Shown: positions 9,707-20,633 of the stretch, in pieces
How the letters are laid out: each line of letters opens with the position of its first letter
How positions within the stretch are numbered: position 1 is the stretch's first letter
DNA from: Gammaproteobacteria bacterium
Lineage (GTDB): Bacteria > Pseudomonadota > Gammaproteobacteria > Eutrophobiales > Eutrophobiaceae
Assembly: GCA_965215365.1 (NCBI GenBank)
Contig: CBDCDS010000003.1
Span: 64,001 to 128,000 of the forward strand
DNA length: 64,000 nt
Reading direction: 5' to 3'
The notes under the pieces: generated by a model
Told to the model about the DNA's origin: nothing
The model's input: only the letters and a program-made list of their open reading frames with translations
Database searches by the model: none
Made by a program: the position numbers and the translations under genes

Positions 9707-11178
9707 AGCCCAGCTGCCACTCCTGGAAGATGAATCCGGATCAGTCGGACTCAGGGGTGATCCTGATGTGCCCCATGAGGTCCAGGCACCGCCCTTGGAA
9801 GATGGGGCGTGCTGGTTAGGACTAGCCACTGATAACCGGCGCCTTTTTGATGCGTTACAGGACGGCTGGTTACGACCTCATCCTTCACAAGGACATGTGG
9901 TAGGAATCAGGGCATACACGGTAGATAGTAAGCAGACCAATGCGGGACATCCAATACGTGTCCGAGTTAAGTTCGATCCTGCTAAATTGCCTGAACTTGG
10001 TACCCAAATTCTACACAATAATGGTTGGCGACCCTCTTGCGTTAAAAAGCTTCAGCCAAAAGACGAAGCGTTGTATTGGCCTGGTGCCCTACCAACTTTC
10101 GCTATCTCAGAGTTATCAGTATCGACCGAAGAAGAGCGTGCACGGTTTATTGGAATGACCGAGATCGCCTCGAATCTGGTATTGCCAGAAGTCCCAATCA
10201 TGGTTGGCATCAAACCTGATGAGCTCTTGGAGGTGGGGATTTCCCCTCCTCATGTTGAAGCAGAAATCGGTATCCCAAGCGATATAGACCCCACCCAAGG
10301 AGCTATTGCCATGGCCGTTTGGGGAGTCCCACGAATCGATCCATGGCTGGATATTCTCGCCGCCAGCTTGGACCCGAAACAACCAGATATGATGGACTTG
10401 GCGAGCAAGGTAGATGCCCCATGGTGGCGGTTCCCGCCTTGGATAATGGCCCAAGACGACGTCAACTCAGAAAACTTTCACATTCACCTTTGGCTGGCTG
10501 CCACCAAGGTGTTTCGGTGCCGAACAAGGGGTGAACGTATCAATCCCGAATTGCTCTCACAGCAAATATATAATATGGCTTCACAAGGTGATTCTGCGGA
10601 AGGTTTGAAGCACGAGCTAAGTAAGTGGCTGGAGAAAACCAATGACATTTTACGCGCCGGGTCACTCATTCATCTCCAGAATTGGCGTCATTGTCCCGTT
10701 GGTATAGCCATCCAATTGGTGCTGACGCGTCCAGAACCATCAAACTTCAAGACCTGGTTTAAGGACATACCACAACTCCCTCCGGCGATTGCCTGGTCGG
10801 CAGCGGTCCTGTGTGGTCTCCTGCACGGATACAGGCGTCTGGATTGCCAATTCCGTGGCGACGCGTTGCAAAGCGAACTTCTGTCCATCCATGCGCTACG
10901 TTTGTGCACTGAGGGGGGGCGCGAGATACATTGGCCCTCTGTCACTGATAGAAAACCCGGTTGGCGAAGAACCACCGACGGTATCATACTATCATGGGAT
11001 GGTCATGATTTTTCTACAAAAACTGAACATGCGCGTGGTCACTGGTTCAACGCAAATTTCAAAGATACGACGGTTGAGACGGAGGCAAAGAAACTTGCGA
11101 CAGATTTAAATTGGCCATGCTTTGTACAAGAGCTTATTCTGAAAGATATAGAACTTGCCTATTCCGGTGGAGGGGCTT

Positions 11179-12311
11179 TGTCCAGGTTCAATACATATGA
11201 GACTCAGAGGCAGGCTGTGTGAGTTGTTGATAATACTCCATTGGGGTTAATAAACCAATACCGTCATGCGGGCGGTAGGTATTGTAGTATTGCTGATACT
11301 CTGCCAGTTTGCGGTTGATGGCCGCCACGGTCAGTGGACCCTCGTAGAACGGATAGAACTCATAGCGGCTGGTGGCATTGGCGCGTTCTACACAGCCGTT
11401 GTATTCGGGTTTTTTCGGGGGCAGCACGTACAGGGGGATTCCTAAGTCCTGGCAAGCCTGCTCGAACTCATCTTAAGAACTCCGAGCCGCCATCGACCTG
11501 GATAGAACGGATGGGAAACGGCGCCTCTTGGCACAGCGCCTTTAAGAAGCGCCGGGCATTGCCACTGGTGGCCCGACTGTAGGCTCGCAGCGCACTCCAT
11601 TTGCTCACCGGACAGACGGCCTTGAACTCCTTCACCGTGACGCCGTCCGTGAAGCCGACACTCATGTGGTCTATCTGCATCAACTCCCCTGGCGCCTTAG
11701 CCTTCATCCCGTAGCGCCAGCGCTTGGCATGATGGGTAAACGCCCGGCGGCGCTTAGGCTTCACCCGGCCATAGTAAAACGCCACCGGCTTGACCCGACC
11801 TAGCCGCACCAGCTTCGCCACGATGCGCCCGACCGTACTCTCGCTCAAAGTCCAGCCCTGCTCGCGCACCCCCACCCGCCAGAGCTTACGCTTGCCCCAT
11901 AACGGATAACGTTGGCGAAGGTGCAAGACCTGCTGCTCGTGCTGGCGCGTCCATTGCGGCACACGCCGCCGCCGCGGCGCACGAGAGCCACACCCCAGAC
12001 CCTTCAGCCCATGTTCACGATACCGCTTCAACCAACGGTAGTAGGTCGCCCTCGACCAACCTACTGCTGCCAGTGCCGTCGCCTCACCACACCCATCCTC
12101 GCGTAACGTCGCAACCAATTCCAACTGCTGCAAACGACCGAGCGCGTCAGCATCGGTAGTATCATCCACGCGCCAACTGCGATATGATTTCACCCGCAGG
12201 CTTTTGATCTGCATCGGGTAGTCCTCCTGTGTCAATTAGTTGAGATTAATTCACACACAGACTACCCGATTTCTTTATCTAAAGAGTCTTACTTGTTTCT
12301 GAACCCGGACA
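11179..12311 (-). mobile_element. IS481-family insertion sequence, copy 1 (1133 bp)
   Basis: Imperfect terminal inverted repeats TGTCC(A/G)GGTTCA..., TGT...ACA ends, 5-bp duplication GGCTT at 11174-11178 and 12312-12316. Confidence 0.92.
11188..12214 (-). pseudogene. IS481-family DDE transposase, frameshifted after DGGSEF
   Basis: HTH (SRATYYRW), QIDH, VDGGSEF, then TGA; DEFEQAC...NGCVERAN continues in another frame. Confidence 0.88.
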
Positions 12312-13141
12312 GGCTTTGAGGCAGTGCTCTGAACCGGATGCATTAGTCAAGGTTGATGGAGAAATACGAGTGCAGTTGCCGAAAGGCCTGAAAATTGACG
12401 AAAAGCTTGATATTAAGCAGTTTCTCCACCTCATAGCTACAGAGGCAGGAAAACTACCCGACCCGCCTAAGGTCTCGCCAGTAGTCGAGACACAAACCCC
12501 ACAATTTGATGTCCCTGGCTTGAGGTATATCCCGGATTTTCTGAGCGTGGACAAAGAAGAAGAGCTTGTCAAAATTATCGATAGTCAAAAATGGGGCGTC
12601 GGATTGAAACGACGCGTTCAGCATTACGGCTGGCGTTATGATTACAAAGCTCGCCAAATTGATGAGTCCATGTATCTCGGCGACCTGCCGGACTGGGCAG
12701 ATGAACTCGCCCATCGGCTTGTTTCAAAAAAGCTTGTGCGTCAACTTCCCGACCAAGTTATAGTAAATGAATACATTGACAATCAAGGCATCGCTGGTCA
12801 TACTGATAGTGACAGCTTTGCTGATGATATTGTCACGATCAGCCTATGCGATTCATGGCAGATGATCTTTCGCAAAAAAGGAGTAGAAGGCAAGACAGTA
12901 GTACGTTTACTCGAACAACGTAGCGCTACGGTCCTGAGTGGCGAAGCCCGGTATGACTGGACGCATGAAATACCGAAGAGAAAAACAGAACCCTCTGTCT
13001 CAGGTAAGAAACGTCAATATAGAAAGCGCCGCATTTCGCTGACTTTTCGCAGAGTTAATAGAAAATAAAGCCCTGAAAAACCTGACTTGGCAACAGTGCT
13101 ATTGTATAATACAAGCCCGACAGTCACCCGTTCTTCGCTCA

Positions 13142-14977
13142 ATGCCGACACTCGATTTCAAAGGAAAACAAGTAGTTTATGCACACCATCTGAGTGTGCC
13201 GTATCGGACTCTGGAGCTGAACCGTAAAAAGTCCTGTTTTACGAAGGATGGCTCAGAAGAGGGCAACCTGATTATCCATGGCGATAACCTGCACGCGCTC
13301 AAGGCGCTGCTGCCGCGCTATGCCGGGCGGGTGAACTGCATCTACATCGACCCGCCGTATAACACCGGCAATGAAGGCTGGATGTATAACGATAATGTCA
13401 ATTCAGACATTATGAAGCGCTGGTTACAGGAAAACGGCGAGGTGGACCGGGAGGACCCGGAGCGACATGACAAGTGGCTGTGCATGATGTGGCCGCGCCT
13501 GCAACTGTTGCGCGAACTGCTGGCCGAAGACGGCGTGATCTTTATCTCGATTGATGATAATGAGCAACATCGTTTGCGCTTGTTGATGGATGAGATTTTC
13601 GGCGAGGAGAATTTTGTCACCAACGTCATCTGGCAGAAAAAATATAGCCCGGCGAATGATGCGAAGTACTTATCGGACAACCACGACTTCGTGGTCTGTT
13701 ATGCAAGGAATAAATCGGACAATGGTGATAATGGAGAGCGCGCGAGTGCATGGCAACGTAATCTTCTGCCGCGCACGGAAAAGGCGAACAGTCATTACAG
13801 AGATGATGATAACGATGGCAGGGGGCCCTGGCGGTCAAGTGATTTAAGTGTCAAGACCTACGCCGCAAAGTATGACTATCCGATCGTTAATCCTGATACC
13901 GGACAGGAGTATCTTCCACCGGAAGGGAGGTGCTGGGTAACAAGCAGGGAACAAATGCAAACATGGATTGACGACAACAGGATATTCTTTCCGCCAGGGG
14001 GGAGAAGCGTTCCCAGAATGAAGCGTTACCTGAGCGAAGTACAGCAGGGTATTGTACCGCTGACCATCTGGACCTATGACGAAGTAGGACACACCGATGG
14101 CGCCCGTAAGCTCATTAAGGAGATTTTCAGCGACCGGCAGCAGCCCTTCGACAACCCTAAAGCGTTAGGCTTGTTGCAGCGAATTATTACCATTGCGGCG
14201 GATAAAAACGCCACTATCCTGGACTCCTTTGCCGGTTCCGGCACCACTGCCCACGCAGCGCTGGCCCTGAACAAGCAGGATGGCGGCAAGCGCAGGTTTA
14301 TCCTGGTGGAATGTGAAGACTACGCCGACAGCATCACCGCCGAACGTACCCGTCGGATTATCGAGGGGTATAAATTTACCGGCGCCAAAAAGACAGAATT
14401 AGTGCGGGAAAAGATTACTTGGTCGAAACTCCAAAAAGCGGATAGATTGATTGAACAGGTCGAGGAAGTGGAACAACTGAATGCCCGTTACTATGACACC
14501 ATCAAGAAAGAAGTAAAAAATGGTGAACTCATTGTCACCGGAGGGAAAGCAATCACCGAGAAGGTTTCGGGTCTTGGCGGCGGTTTCGGCTACTACACCC
14601 TGGGCGAAGAACTCAACATCGAAAATCTTATCACGGGCAAAAGCATCCCGGACTACGACTCATTGGCGCGTCACGTCACCTACACTGCAACCGGCGTCAC
14701 ACTGGAAAAAATCAAATCCGGCAAGGATTATCTTTTCGGCGAAACGGAGGACTATTGCCTGTATATGATTTATCGGCCGGACTTAACCTTCCTGCGTTCC
14801 GCTGAATCTGCGTTAACGCTGAGTCTGGCCGAGCGCATCGGTAACACAGCACAGCAAAAACACAAGACTGCGCTGGTGTTTGCGCCGTGGAAATTTGTCT
14901 CCCAGAAAGACCTGAGCAAACAGAAGATCACTTTCTGTCAGTTGCCCTACGCAATACATCGTCTGCTGGGGGACTGA
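13142..14977 (+). CDS. mod: Type III-like R-M modification methyltransferase (Mod)
   Basis: IHGDNL, YIDPPYNTG, ISIDDNE, LDSFAGSGTT (beta-class order). Confidence 0.92.
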   Translation: MPTLDFKGKQVVYAHHLSVPYRTLELNRKKSCFTKDGSEEGNLIIHGDNLHALKALLPRYAGRVNCIYIDPPYNTGNEGWMYNDNVNSDIMKRWLQENGEVDREDPERHDKWLCMMWPRLQLLRELLAEDGVIFISIDDNEQHRLRLLMDEIFGEENFVTNVIWQKKYSPANDAKYLSDNHDFVVCYARNKSDNGDNGERASAWQRNLLPRTEKANSHYRDDDNDGRGPWRSSDLSVKTYAAKYDYPIVNPDTGQEYLPPEGRCWVTSREQMQTWIDDNRIFFPPGGRSVPRMKRYLSEVQQGIVPLTIWTYDEVGHTDGARKLIKEIFSDRQQPFDNPKALGLLQRIITIAADKNATILDSFAGSGTTAHAALALNKQDGGKRRFILVECEDYADSITAERTRRIIEGYKFTGAKKTELVREKITWSKLQKADRLIEQVEEVEQLNARYYDTIKKEVKNGELIVTGGKAITEKVSGLGGGFGYYTLGEELNIENLITGKSIPDYDSLARHVTYTATGVTLEKIKSGKDYLFGETEDYCLYMIYRPDLTFLRSAESALTLSLAERIGNTAQQKHKTALVFAPWKFVSQKDLSKQKITFCQLPYAIHRLLGD

Positions 14978-14980
14978 TTT

Positions 14981-17545
14981 ATGCGTCCCAAGGAGTTTCA
15001 GACGCAGGCATTGGAAACATTTGAACAATGCCTTGCCGAGTTGAAAGTACAGCAGGATGAAACGGCGAAACGCGTCAATGCGCTGCAACAGGCCGGGGTA
15101 TCCGTCAATGAAGACGACCGCGACTATTTCGCCAATACCTGGCAGGAGTTAAGCCGGCGCGGTCTGTTGCCCCGTGTCAAGGATGGGGATGGCGCCTTGT
15201 CAGTTCCGCCCTACGTCAGGCGCCAGGACAGCCAGGGCAGAACCATCCCCCACGTTTGCATGAAGCTGCCTACCGGCGGCGGCAAGACCTTGCTCGGCGC
15301 TGCCGCCATCGAACGACTACGGCCAGCGGCCGGCCTGATACTCTGGATTACGCCATCCCGCGCCATTTTCCGACAAACCTGGCGGGCGTTTGCTCAGCGT
15401 TTGCATCCTTACCGGCAAGCCCTGGAACGCGCCTGCGGCGGCTGCGTGAAGTTGCTGAAGAAAACCGACGCGTTCACCCTTGCCGATGTGCAGAACCACC
15501 TGTGCATCATGCCGCTGATGCTACAGGCCGCGGACCGGCAGGATAGGAACTTCCTCAAAATTTTTCGCGACTCCGGTCATTACCCCTCTTTCTTTCCCGA
15601 ACCGGACGATAAACCGGCCAATGATAATTTGCTGACGGAACATCCCGATCTGGAGACGACTGCAACAGCGGCAGTCAAACACAGTCTGTTTAACGTGATC
15701 AAAACCACCCGTCCTATCATCGTTCTGGACGAGGCACATAATGCGTACACCAGAAAACGGCGTCTGCGTCTGAGCGAGTTCAATCCGCGCTTTGTTCTGG
15801 AACTGTCGGCAACGCCGGAGCTCGGAGTCAGCAACATTCTGGTTGACGTGCCGGGCGCAGCCTTGAAACGTGAGGAGATGATCAAGCTGCCGTTGAATAT
15901 ACACAATATTGAAAATGCGGACTGGAAGTACACACTGGCAAAGGCCAAGGAAAAACTGGATAACCTGGAGCAGGAGGCGCGTGATTTACGCGGCGAAAGC
16001 GGGCGCTACATCCGCCCCATTATGTTAATTCGCGTGGAACGGGTAGGGCGCGACCAGCGCGACAGTCAGCATATTCATGCCGAAGATGTGCGTGACTACC
16101 TGAGCACGCAGCTACGGGTGCCGGAAAATTATATCCGGGCTAAAACCGCAGAAAAAGACGAGATAGCTGACGAAGACCTGCTCTCGCCTTATTCCACGGT
16201 ACGTTATATTCTGACTAAGGATGCCTTGCGCGAAGGCTGGGACTGCCCGTTTGCCTACATATTGACCCTGCTCGATTCCACCAGCACGACTCGAGCCTTG
16301 ACACAGATGACCGGACGGGTGCTGCGTCAACCGGATACCGAACTGACCGGACGCGCGCGTCTGGATGAGTCCTGTATTTATTGCTTTGACCGGGATGTGG
16401 GGGAGGCAATACAGAACGTCAAGCGCGGCCTGGAGCAGGAGGGCATGGGCGATTTGAGTGATCTTATCCGCAGTGGTCAGGGTGAGCAGGAAATCGACAG
16501 GGGCGCCAGGTTGATTACGGTACGAAAACGCGCACAGTTCCAGGATATGCAGCTCTTTCTCCCACAGGTCTTGCATCGCGCCGGGCGGCGTTACCGGCCG
16601 TTGGACTACGAAAACGATGTCCTGGGAGAGCTTGACTGGGACTCGATAACAGCCGCGCCGTTGGATATGGATGATGCGGCCATAGCTGAAGTCCGGGAAC
16701 ATCACTCCCTGGTTGATTTGCCTGGTTTCGACCACACTCCAAACCGGGAAAAACCTCATATTCAAAAAAATCTTTCAACCGAATTTTTCAGCCGCCGTAT
16801 TTTTGAGACGCTGCCGAATCCTTATCTGGCCGGACAGGTGGTTGAAGCAATGCTGGACACCTTGCGCCATCGGGATTACACCGATGAAGATATTTTTGAT
16901 CGTCGTTACGACCTTTCCGAGATTCTGAAACGACGTTTGACTGAACTCATTGAGCATGAGAGCCAAGCCATATTTCAGCGCAAGTTGCAGACTCAGGATA
17001 TTCGTTTTGAACTTATCGCCGATGAAGATGGGTTTGAGTTTACCGAAGCGCTGGAGAGAGTGGTGGAAGATAATCAGCTTCAACTTTTCAATCGGGACGG
17101 TGACCCGGTGCAGAAATCCCTGTATGAAAAGGTCTATGCCCGGGAGTTCAACGGCTTGGAAAGAGACTTTGCGATTTATCTGGATGGCTACAGCGCAGTG
17201 ACCTGGTGGCACCGCTTTGCGGCCCGGCAGAACTACGGCCTGCAAGGCTGGAAACGCAACCGGGTCTATCCTGATTTTGTCGTCTTCGTACAGCCCGGTA
17301 ACGACAAAACCCGGCGGGTACTGGTGATTGAGACCAAAGGGCTGCAACTGGCCGGAAATGTCGATACCAAGTACAAGCAAAAATTATTTGAAGCGCTCGA
17401 AACAGCAGCACCACGGGCGGTTGAGTACGGTTCGGTAAAACTGTCAAAGCCGAGACGAAAAAAACATCCCATGTCCTTGACCATGTTGTTTGAGGAGAAT
17501 TACCGACAGGACTTTGAAAAAATTCTGAAAAATTCTAAATGTTGA
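14981..17545 (+). CDS. res: Type III-like restriction subunit (SF2 helicase plus PD-(D/E)xK nuclease)
   Basis: PTGGGKT, LDEAH, LSATP, LREGWDCP, QMTGRVLR, YPDF...IETKG. Confidence 0.9.
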   Translation: MRPKEFQTQALETFEQCLAELKVQQDETAKRVNALQQAGVSVNEDDRDYFANTWQELSRRGLLPRVKDGDGALSVPPYVRRQDSQGRTIPHVCMKLPTGGGKTLLGAAAIERLRPAAGLILWITPSRAIFRQTWRAFAQRLHPYRQALERACGGCVKLLKKTDAFTLADVQNHLCIMPLMLQAADRQDRNFLKIFRDSGHYPSFFPEPDDKPANDNLLTEHPDLETTATAAVKHSLFNVIKTTRPIIVLDEAHNAYTRKRRLRLSEFNPRFVLELSATPELGVSNILVDVPGAALKREEMIKLPLNIHNIENADWKYTLAKAKEKLDNLEQEARDLRGESGRYIRPIMLIRVERVGRDQRDSQHIHAEDVRDYLSTQLRVPENYIRAKTAEKDEIADEDLLSPYSTVRYILTKDALREGWDCPFAYILTLLDSTSTTRALTQMTGRVLRQPDTELTGRARLDESCIYCFDRDVGEAIQNVKRGLEQEGMGDLSDLIRSGQGEQEIDRGARLITVRKRAQFQDMQLFLPQVLHRAGRRYRPLDYENDVLGELDWDSITAAPLDMDDAAIAEVREHHSLVDLPGFDHTPNREKPHIQKNLSTEFFSRRIFETLPNPYLAGQVVEAMLDTLRHRDYTDEDIFDRRYDLSEILKRRLTELIEHESQAIFQRKLQTQDIRFELIADEDGFEFTEALERVVEDNQLQLFNRDGDPVQKSLYEKVYAREFNGLERDFAIYLDGYSAVTWWHRFAARQNYGLQGWKRNRVYPDFVVFVQPGNDKTRRVLVIETKGLQLAGNVDTKYKQKLFEALETAAPRAVEYGSVKLSKPRRKKHPMSLTMLFEENYRQDFEKILKNSKC

Positions 17546-17579
17546 CTACTTATATAGACCATGTTAGTGTAGTCGGCAT
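17539..17579. promoter_or_regulatory. Imperfect inverted repeat upstream of the antitoxin, probable autoregulatory operator
   Basis: atgttgactac ... gtagtcggcat (9/11 complementary). Confidence 0.45.
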
Positions 17580-17814
17580 GAAGCAGATAAGTGTTTCCCA
17601 ATTCAAAGCCAAGTGCCTTGCAGTCCTGACGCAGGTCTCCAAAACAGGCGCCCCCGTGCTCGTCACCCGCTATGGCAAGCCTGTCGCCCGGGTTGTGCCT
17701 CCTCCCAAACCCGCGGGTGCGGATTGGATTGGCAGTATGAAAGGCACGGGCCGGATTCCAGGCGATATCGTTGGGTCGGTCGGAGATTTGGATGATTGGG
17801 AGGCTCTACGTTGA
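17578..17814 (+). CDS. Phd/YefM-family antitoxin
   Basis: MKQISVSQFKAKCL...VTRYGKPVARVVP. Confidence 0.9.
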   Translation: MKQISVSQFKAKCLAVLTQVSKTGAPVLVTRYGKPVARVVPPPKPAGADWIGSMKGTGRIPGDIVGSVGDLDDWEALR

Positions 17815-17847
17815 CTTCGCAGTGGTGATGGCCATTCCTTGCAAGGC

Positions 17848-18240
17848 ATGAACCTGTTGCTTGATACGCATGTCTGGCTATGGAGCCTGCTGGCACCGGA
17901 TCGTATTCGCGAGGACACGTTGACGCTATTGGCGTCAGAGGCTTCAACCCTCCATCTTTCTTCGATAAGCTGTTGGGAGGTATTGCTACTTGCGGAAAAG
18001 GGCAGGCTCAGGCTTGCGAACAGTGCCGATTCCTGGCTTGTCGAAGCATTGCGCAACAGCCCCGTTGTTGAGGTTCCAATTTCCACGGAAATTGCGATGA
18101 AAAGCAGAAATATCTCCGTGGCAAATCAAGACCCTGCCGACAGATTTATCGCGGCCTCAGCCAGGGTGCTGGATCTTACGTTGGTAACGAGTGACAAAAA
18201 ACTGCTGAGTTGCTCAGAAATCGATGTGTTGAGCGCATAG
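17848..18240 (+). CDS. vapC: PIN-domain (VapC) toxin
   Basis: LLLDTHVWLW, SCWE, DPADRFI, LVTSD. Confidence 0.9.
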   Translation: MNLLLDTHVWLWSLLAPDRIREDTLTLLASEASTLHLSSISCWEVLLLAEKGRLRLANSADSWLVEALRNSPVVEVPISTEIAMKSRNISVANQDPADRFIAASARVLDLTLVTSDKKLLSCSEIDVLSA

Positions 18241-18280
18241 TTCGAGGCGACGACGGACATATTACCACAATAACAAAAAA

Positions 18281-18305
18281 ATACTTGACTAAAATACTCG
18301 GATAT
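18281..18305 (+). promoter_or_regulatory. IscR type-1 operator overlapping a TTGACT -35 element
   Basis: atacttgactaaaatactcggatat resembles the ATAxxxGACT-N5-AxTCxxxxAT type-1 site, 38 bp before iscR. Confidence 0.75.
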
Positions 18306-18343
18306 GTAACAATACACTTCCTTTAACTTGCAGGGCTGTTGCT

Positions 18344-18793
18344 ATGCGTTTGACAACCAAAGGCCGGTATGCGGTGACGGCGATGCTGGACCTGGCTTTG
18401 CATGAGGGTTTCGGGCCGGTCAGTCTGGCGGATATTTCCCGGCGTCAGGGCATTTCGCTGTCGTACCTGGAACAGTTGTTCCTGCGTTTGCGCAAGCGCG
18501 GCCTGATTGCCAGCGCCAGGGGGCCGGGGGGGGGGTATCGGTTGCAACAGGCCGGCACGGATATTTCCGTGGCAGAGGTGATTCGGGCTGTGGATGAACA
18601 GGTGGATGCCACCCGTTGCGGCGGCCATCGGAACTGTCAGGCCGACCAGCCCTGCCTGACCCACGACCTGTGGGAGGAACTGAGTGAGCATATTACCGGC
18701 TTTTTGAGCGATATCAGCCTGTCCGATCTGGTGCAGCGACAGTCGGTGCAACAGGTATCGGCGCGGCAGGACCGCGTAATGCTTCGCAGGTGA
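18344..18793 (+). CDS. iscR: Fe-S cluster transcriptional regulator
   Basis: [28 protein letters not shown], three Cys plus THDLW. Confidence 0.95.
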   Translation: MRLTTKGRYAVTAMLDLALHEGFGPVSLADISRRQGISLSYLEQLFLRLRKRGLIASARGPGGGYRLQQAGTDISVAEVIRAVDEQVDATRCGGHRNCQADQPCLTHDLWEELSEHITGFLSDISLSDLVQRQSVQQVSARQDRVMLRR

Positions 18794-18801
18794 GAAAACA
18801 G

Positions 18802-19161
18802 ATGACTAACAGTGACATTGCATTAACCGAGCGCGCCGCGCAGCACGTGAAGAACTACCTGGCAAAAACTGCCGAGGGAGTCGGGCTGCGGGTCGGGGTG
18901 AAGCCCACCGGCTGCTCCGGCTACCAGTACGTGATCGAGGCCGCCCAAGTTGTGAACGAACACGATCAGGCGTTTGAGAGCCGGGGCGTCACCGTTGTCG
19001 TCGATGAGCAGAGCCTGCGCTATCTGGCCGGTACGGAACTGGATTTTGTCAAGGAGGGCCTGAACGAAGGTTTCAGGTTCCGTAACCCCAACGTCAACGA
19101 CACCTGTGGCTGTGGTGAGAGCTTCAGTATTGATGATAAGGCCGCCAGAGCTTCCCGGTAA
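18802..19161 (+). CDS. sufA: A-type Fe-S carrier (IscA/SufA)
   Basis: TGCSG and CGCGESF. Confidence 0.88.
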   Translation: MTNSDIALTERAAQHVKNYLAKTAEGVGLRVGVKPTGCSGYQYVIEAAQVVNEHDQAFESRGVTVVVDEQSLRYLAGTELDFVKEGLNEGFRFRNPNVNDTCGCGESFSIDDKAARASR

Positions 19162-19184
19162 CCCGAACACAACCCGAGCAGACT

Positions 19185-20633
19185 ATGACAGACGAGACCA
19201 CCCACGTCGAAGAGCTGGTACACAAGGAATATGAACATGGTTTCGTGACGGATATCGATACCGATACCGTCGCGCCCGGCCTCAATGAAGAGGTCATCGC
19301 GCTGATATCCGCCAAGAAGGAAGAACCCGAGTGGTTGCTGGAATGGCGCTTAGCGGCGTTCCGGCGCTGGACGCGCATGGCTGAACCGGAGTGGGCGCAT
19401 GTGCATTACCCGCCCATCGACTATCAGGCCATTTCCTACTACTCGGCCCCGAAAGCCAAGACCGACGGCCCCAAAAGCCTAGACGAGGTGGACCCGAAAT
19501 TGCTGGAAACCTATGAGAAACTGGGCATTCCACTGCACGAGCAGAAAATGCTGGCGGGCGTGGCGGTGGATGCCGTATTCGACAGCGTCTCCGTGGCCAC
19601 TACCTTCAAGGAGAAGCTGGCGGACGCTGGCGTGGTCTTCTGTTCCTTCTCCGAGGCGGTGCAGAACCACCCGGAACTAGTGCGTCAATATCTGGGTAGC
19701 GTGGTGCCGGCGGCGGATAATTACTATGCGGCCCTGAATTCTGCGGTATTCACCGATGGTTCGTTCTGTTTCATCCCGAAGAACACCCGTTGCCCGCTGG
19801 AGCTATCGACTTACTTCCGCATCAACGCGGCCAACACCGGGCAGTTTGAAAGAACCCTGATCGTGGCCGAGGAAGGCAGCTATGTGAGCTATCTGGAAGG
19901 CTGCACCGCGCCCATGCGCGATGAAAATCAGTTGCATGCGGCGGTGGTGGAACTGGTCGCGCTGGATAACGCCGAGATCAAGTACTCGACCGTGCAGAAC
20001 TGGTACCCCGGCGATGAAAATGGCGTCGGCGGCATTTATAACTTCGTCACCAAGCGCGGTGATTGTCGTGGCAGTGGCTCGAAAATTTCCTGGACGCAGA
20101 TAGAAACCGGCTCCGCGATTACCTGGAAATATCCCAGTTGCATCCTGCGCGGGGACGACTCCCGTGGCGAGTTCTATTCCGTCGCAGTCACCAACAACTA
20201 CCAGCAGGCCGATACCGGCACCAAGATGATCCATCTGGGCCGCAACACCCGCAGCACCATCATCTCCAAAGGCATCTCCGCCGGCAAGGCGCAGAATGCC
20301 TACCGTGGCTTAGTCAAGATCAGCAAGGAGGCGGACCACGCCCGCAACTACACCCAGTGCGATTCCCTGCTCATGGGCGATACCTGCGGCGCCCATACCT
20401 TCCCCTACATTGAGACCGGCAATGCCAGCGCCATTGTCGAACACGAGGCCACCACATCGAAAATCAGCGATGACCAGTTATTCTACTGTCTCCAGCGCGG
20501 GATAGCTGAGGAAGACGCGGTGAACATGATCGTCAACGGTTTCTGCAAGGACGTGTTCAAGGAACTGCCCATGGAGTTTGCGGTAGAGGCGCAGAAATTG
20601 CTGAATATCACCCTGGAAGGAGCAGTAGGATAA
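19185..20633 (+). CDS. sufB: Fe-S cluster assembly protein SufB
   Basis: [31 protein letters not shown]. Confidence 0.97.
   Translation: MTDETTHVEELVHKEYEHGFVTDIDTDTVAPGLNEEVIALISAKKEEPEWLLEWRLAAFRRWTRMAEPEWAHVHYPPIDYQAISYYSAPKAKTDGPKSLDEVDPKLLETYEKLGIPLHEQKMLAGVAVDAVFDSVSVATTFKEKLADAGVVFCSFSEAVQNHPELVRQYLGSVVPAADNYYAALNSAVFTDGSFCFIPKNTRCPLELSTYFRINAANTGQFERTLIVAEEGSYVSYLEGCTAPMRDENQLHAAVVELVALDNAEIKYSTVQNWYPGDENGVGGIYNFVTKRGDCRGSGSKISWTQIETGSAITWKYPSCILRGDDSRGEFYSVAVTNNYQQADTGTKMIHLGRNTRSTIISKGISAGKAQNAYRGLVKISKEADHARNYTQCDSLLMGDTCGAHTFPYIETGNASAIVEHEATTSKISDDQLFYCLQRGIAEEDAVNMIVNGFCKDVFKELPMEFAVEAQKLLNITLEGAVG

Larger units (their letters stand above)
9693..13068 (+). pseudogene. 745-aa protein with an unknown N-terminal region and a C-terminal AlkB-like 2OG-Fe(II) dioxygenase, interrupted by the IS
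   Basis: Removing 11179-12316 joins ...GGGA-L-RQCSEPD in frame; RRVQHYG, VNEY, HTD, HEI and RISLTFR AlkB motifs. Confidence 0.85.

Noticed and set aside
12160-12214. Transposase N-terminus MQIKSLRVKSYRS as a captured ABC/SMC ATPase fragment
   Set aside because: Resemblance covers about 13 residues with no Walker A, and it lies inside the IS ends in both copies
13142-14977. Phase-variable mod gene (phasevarion)
   Set aside because: No simple sequence repeat tract seen in or upstream of the gene
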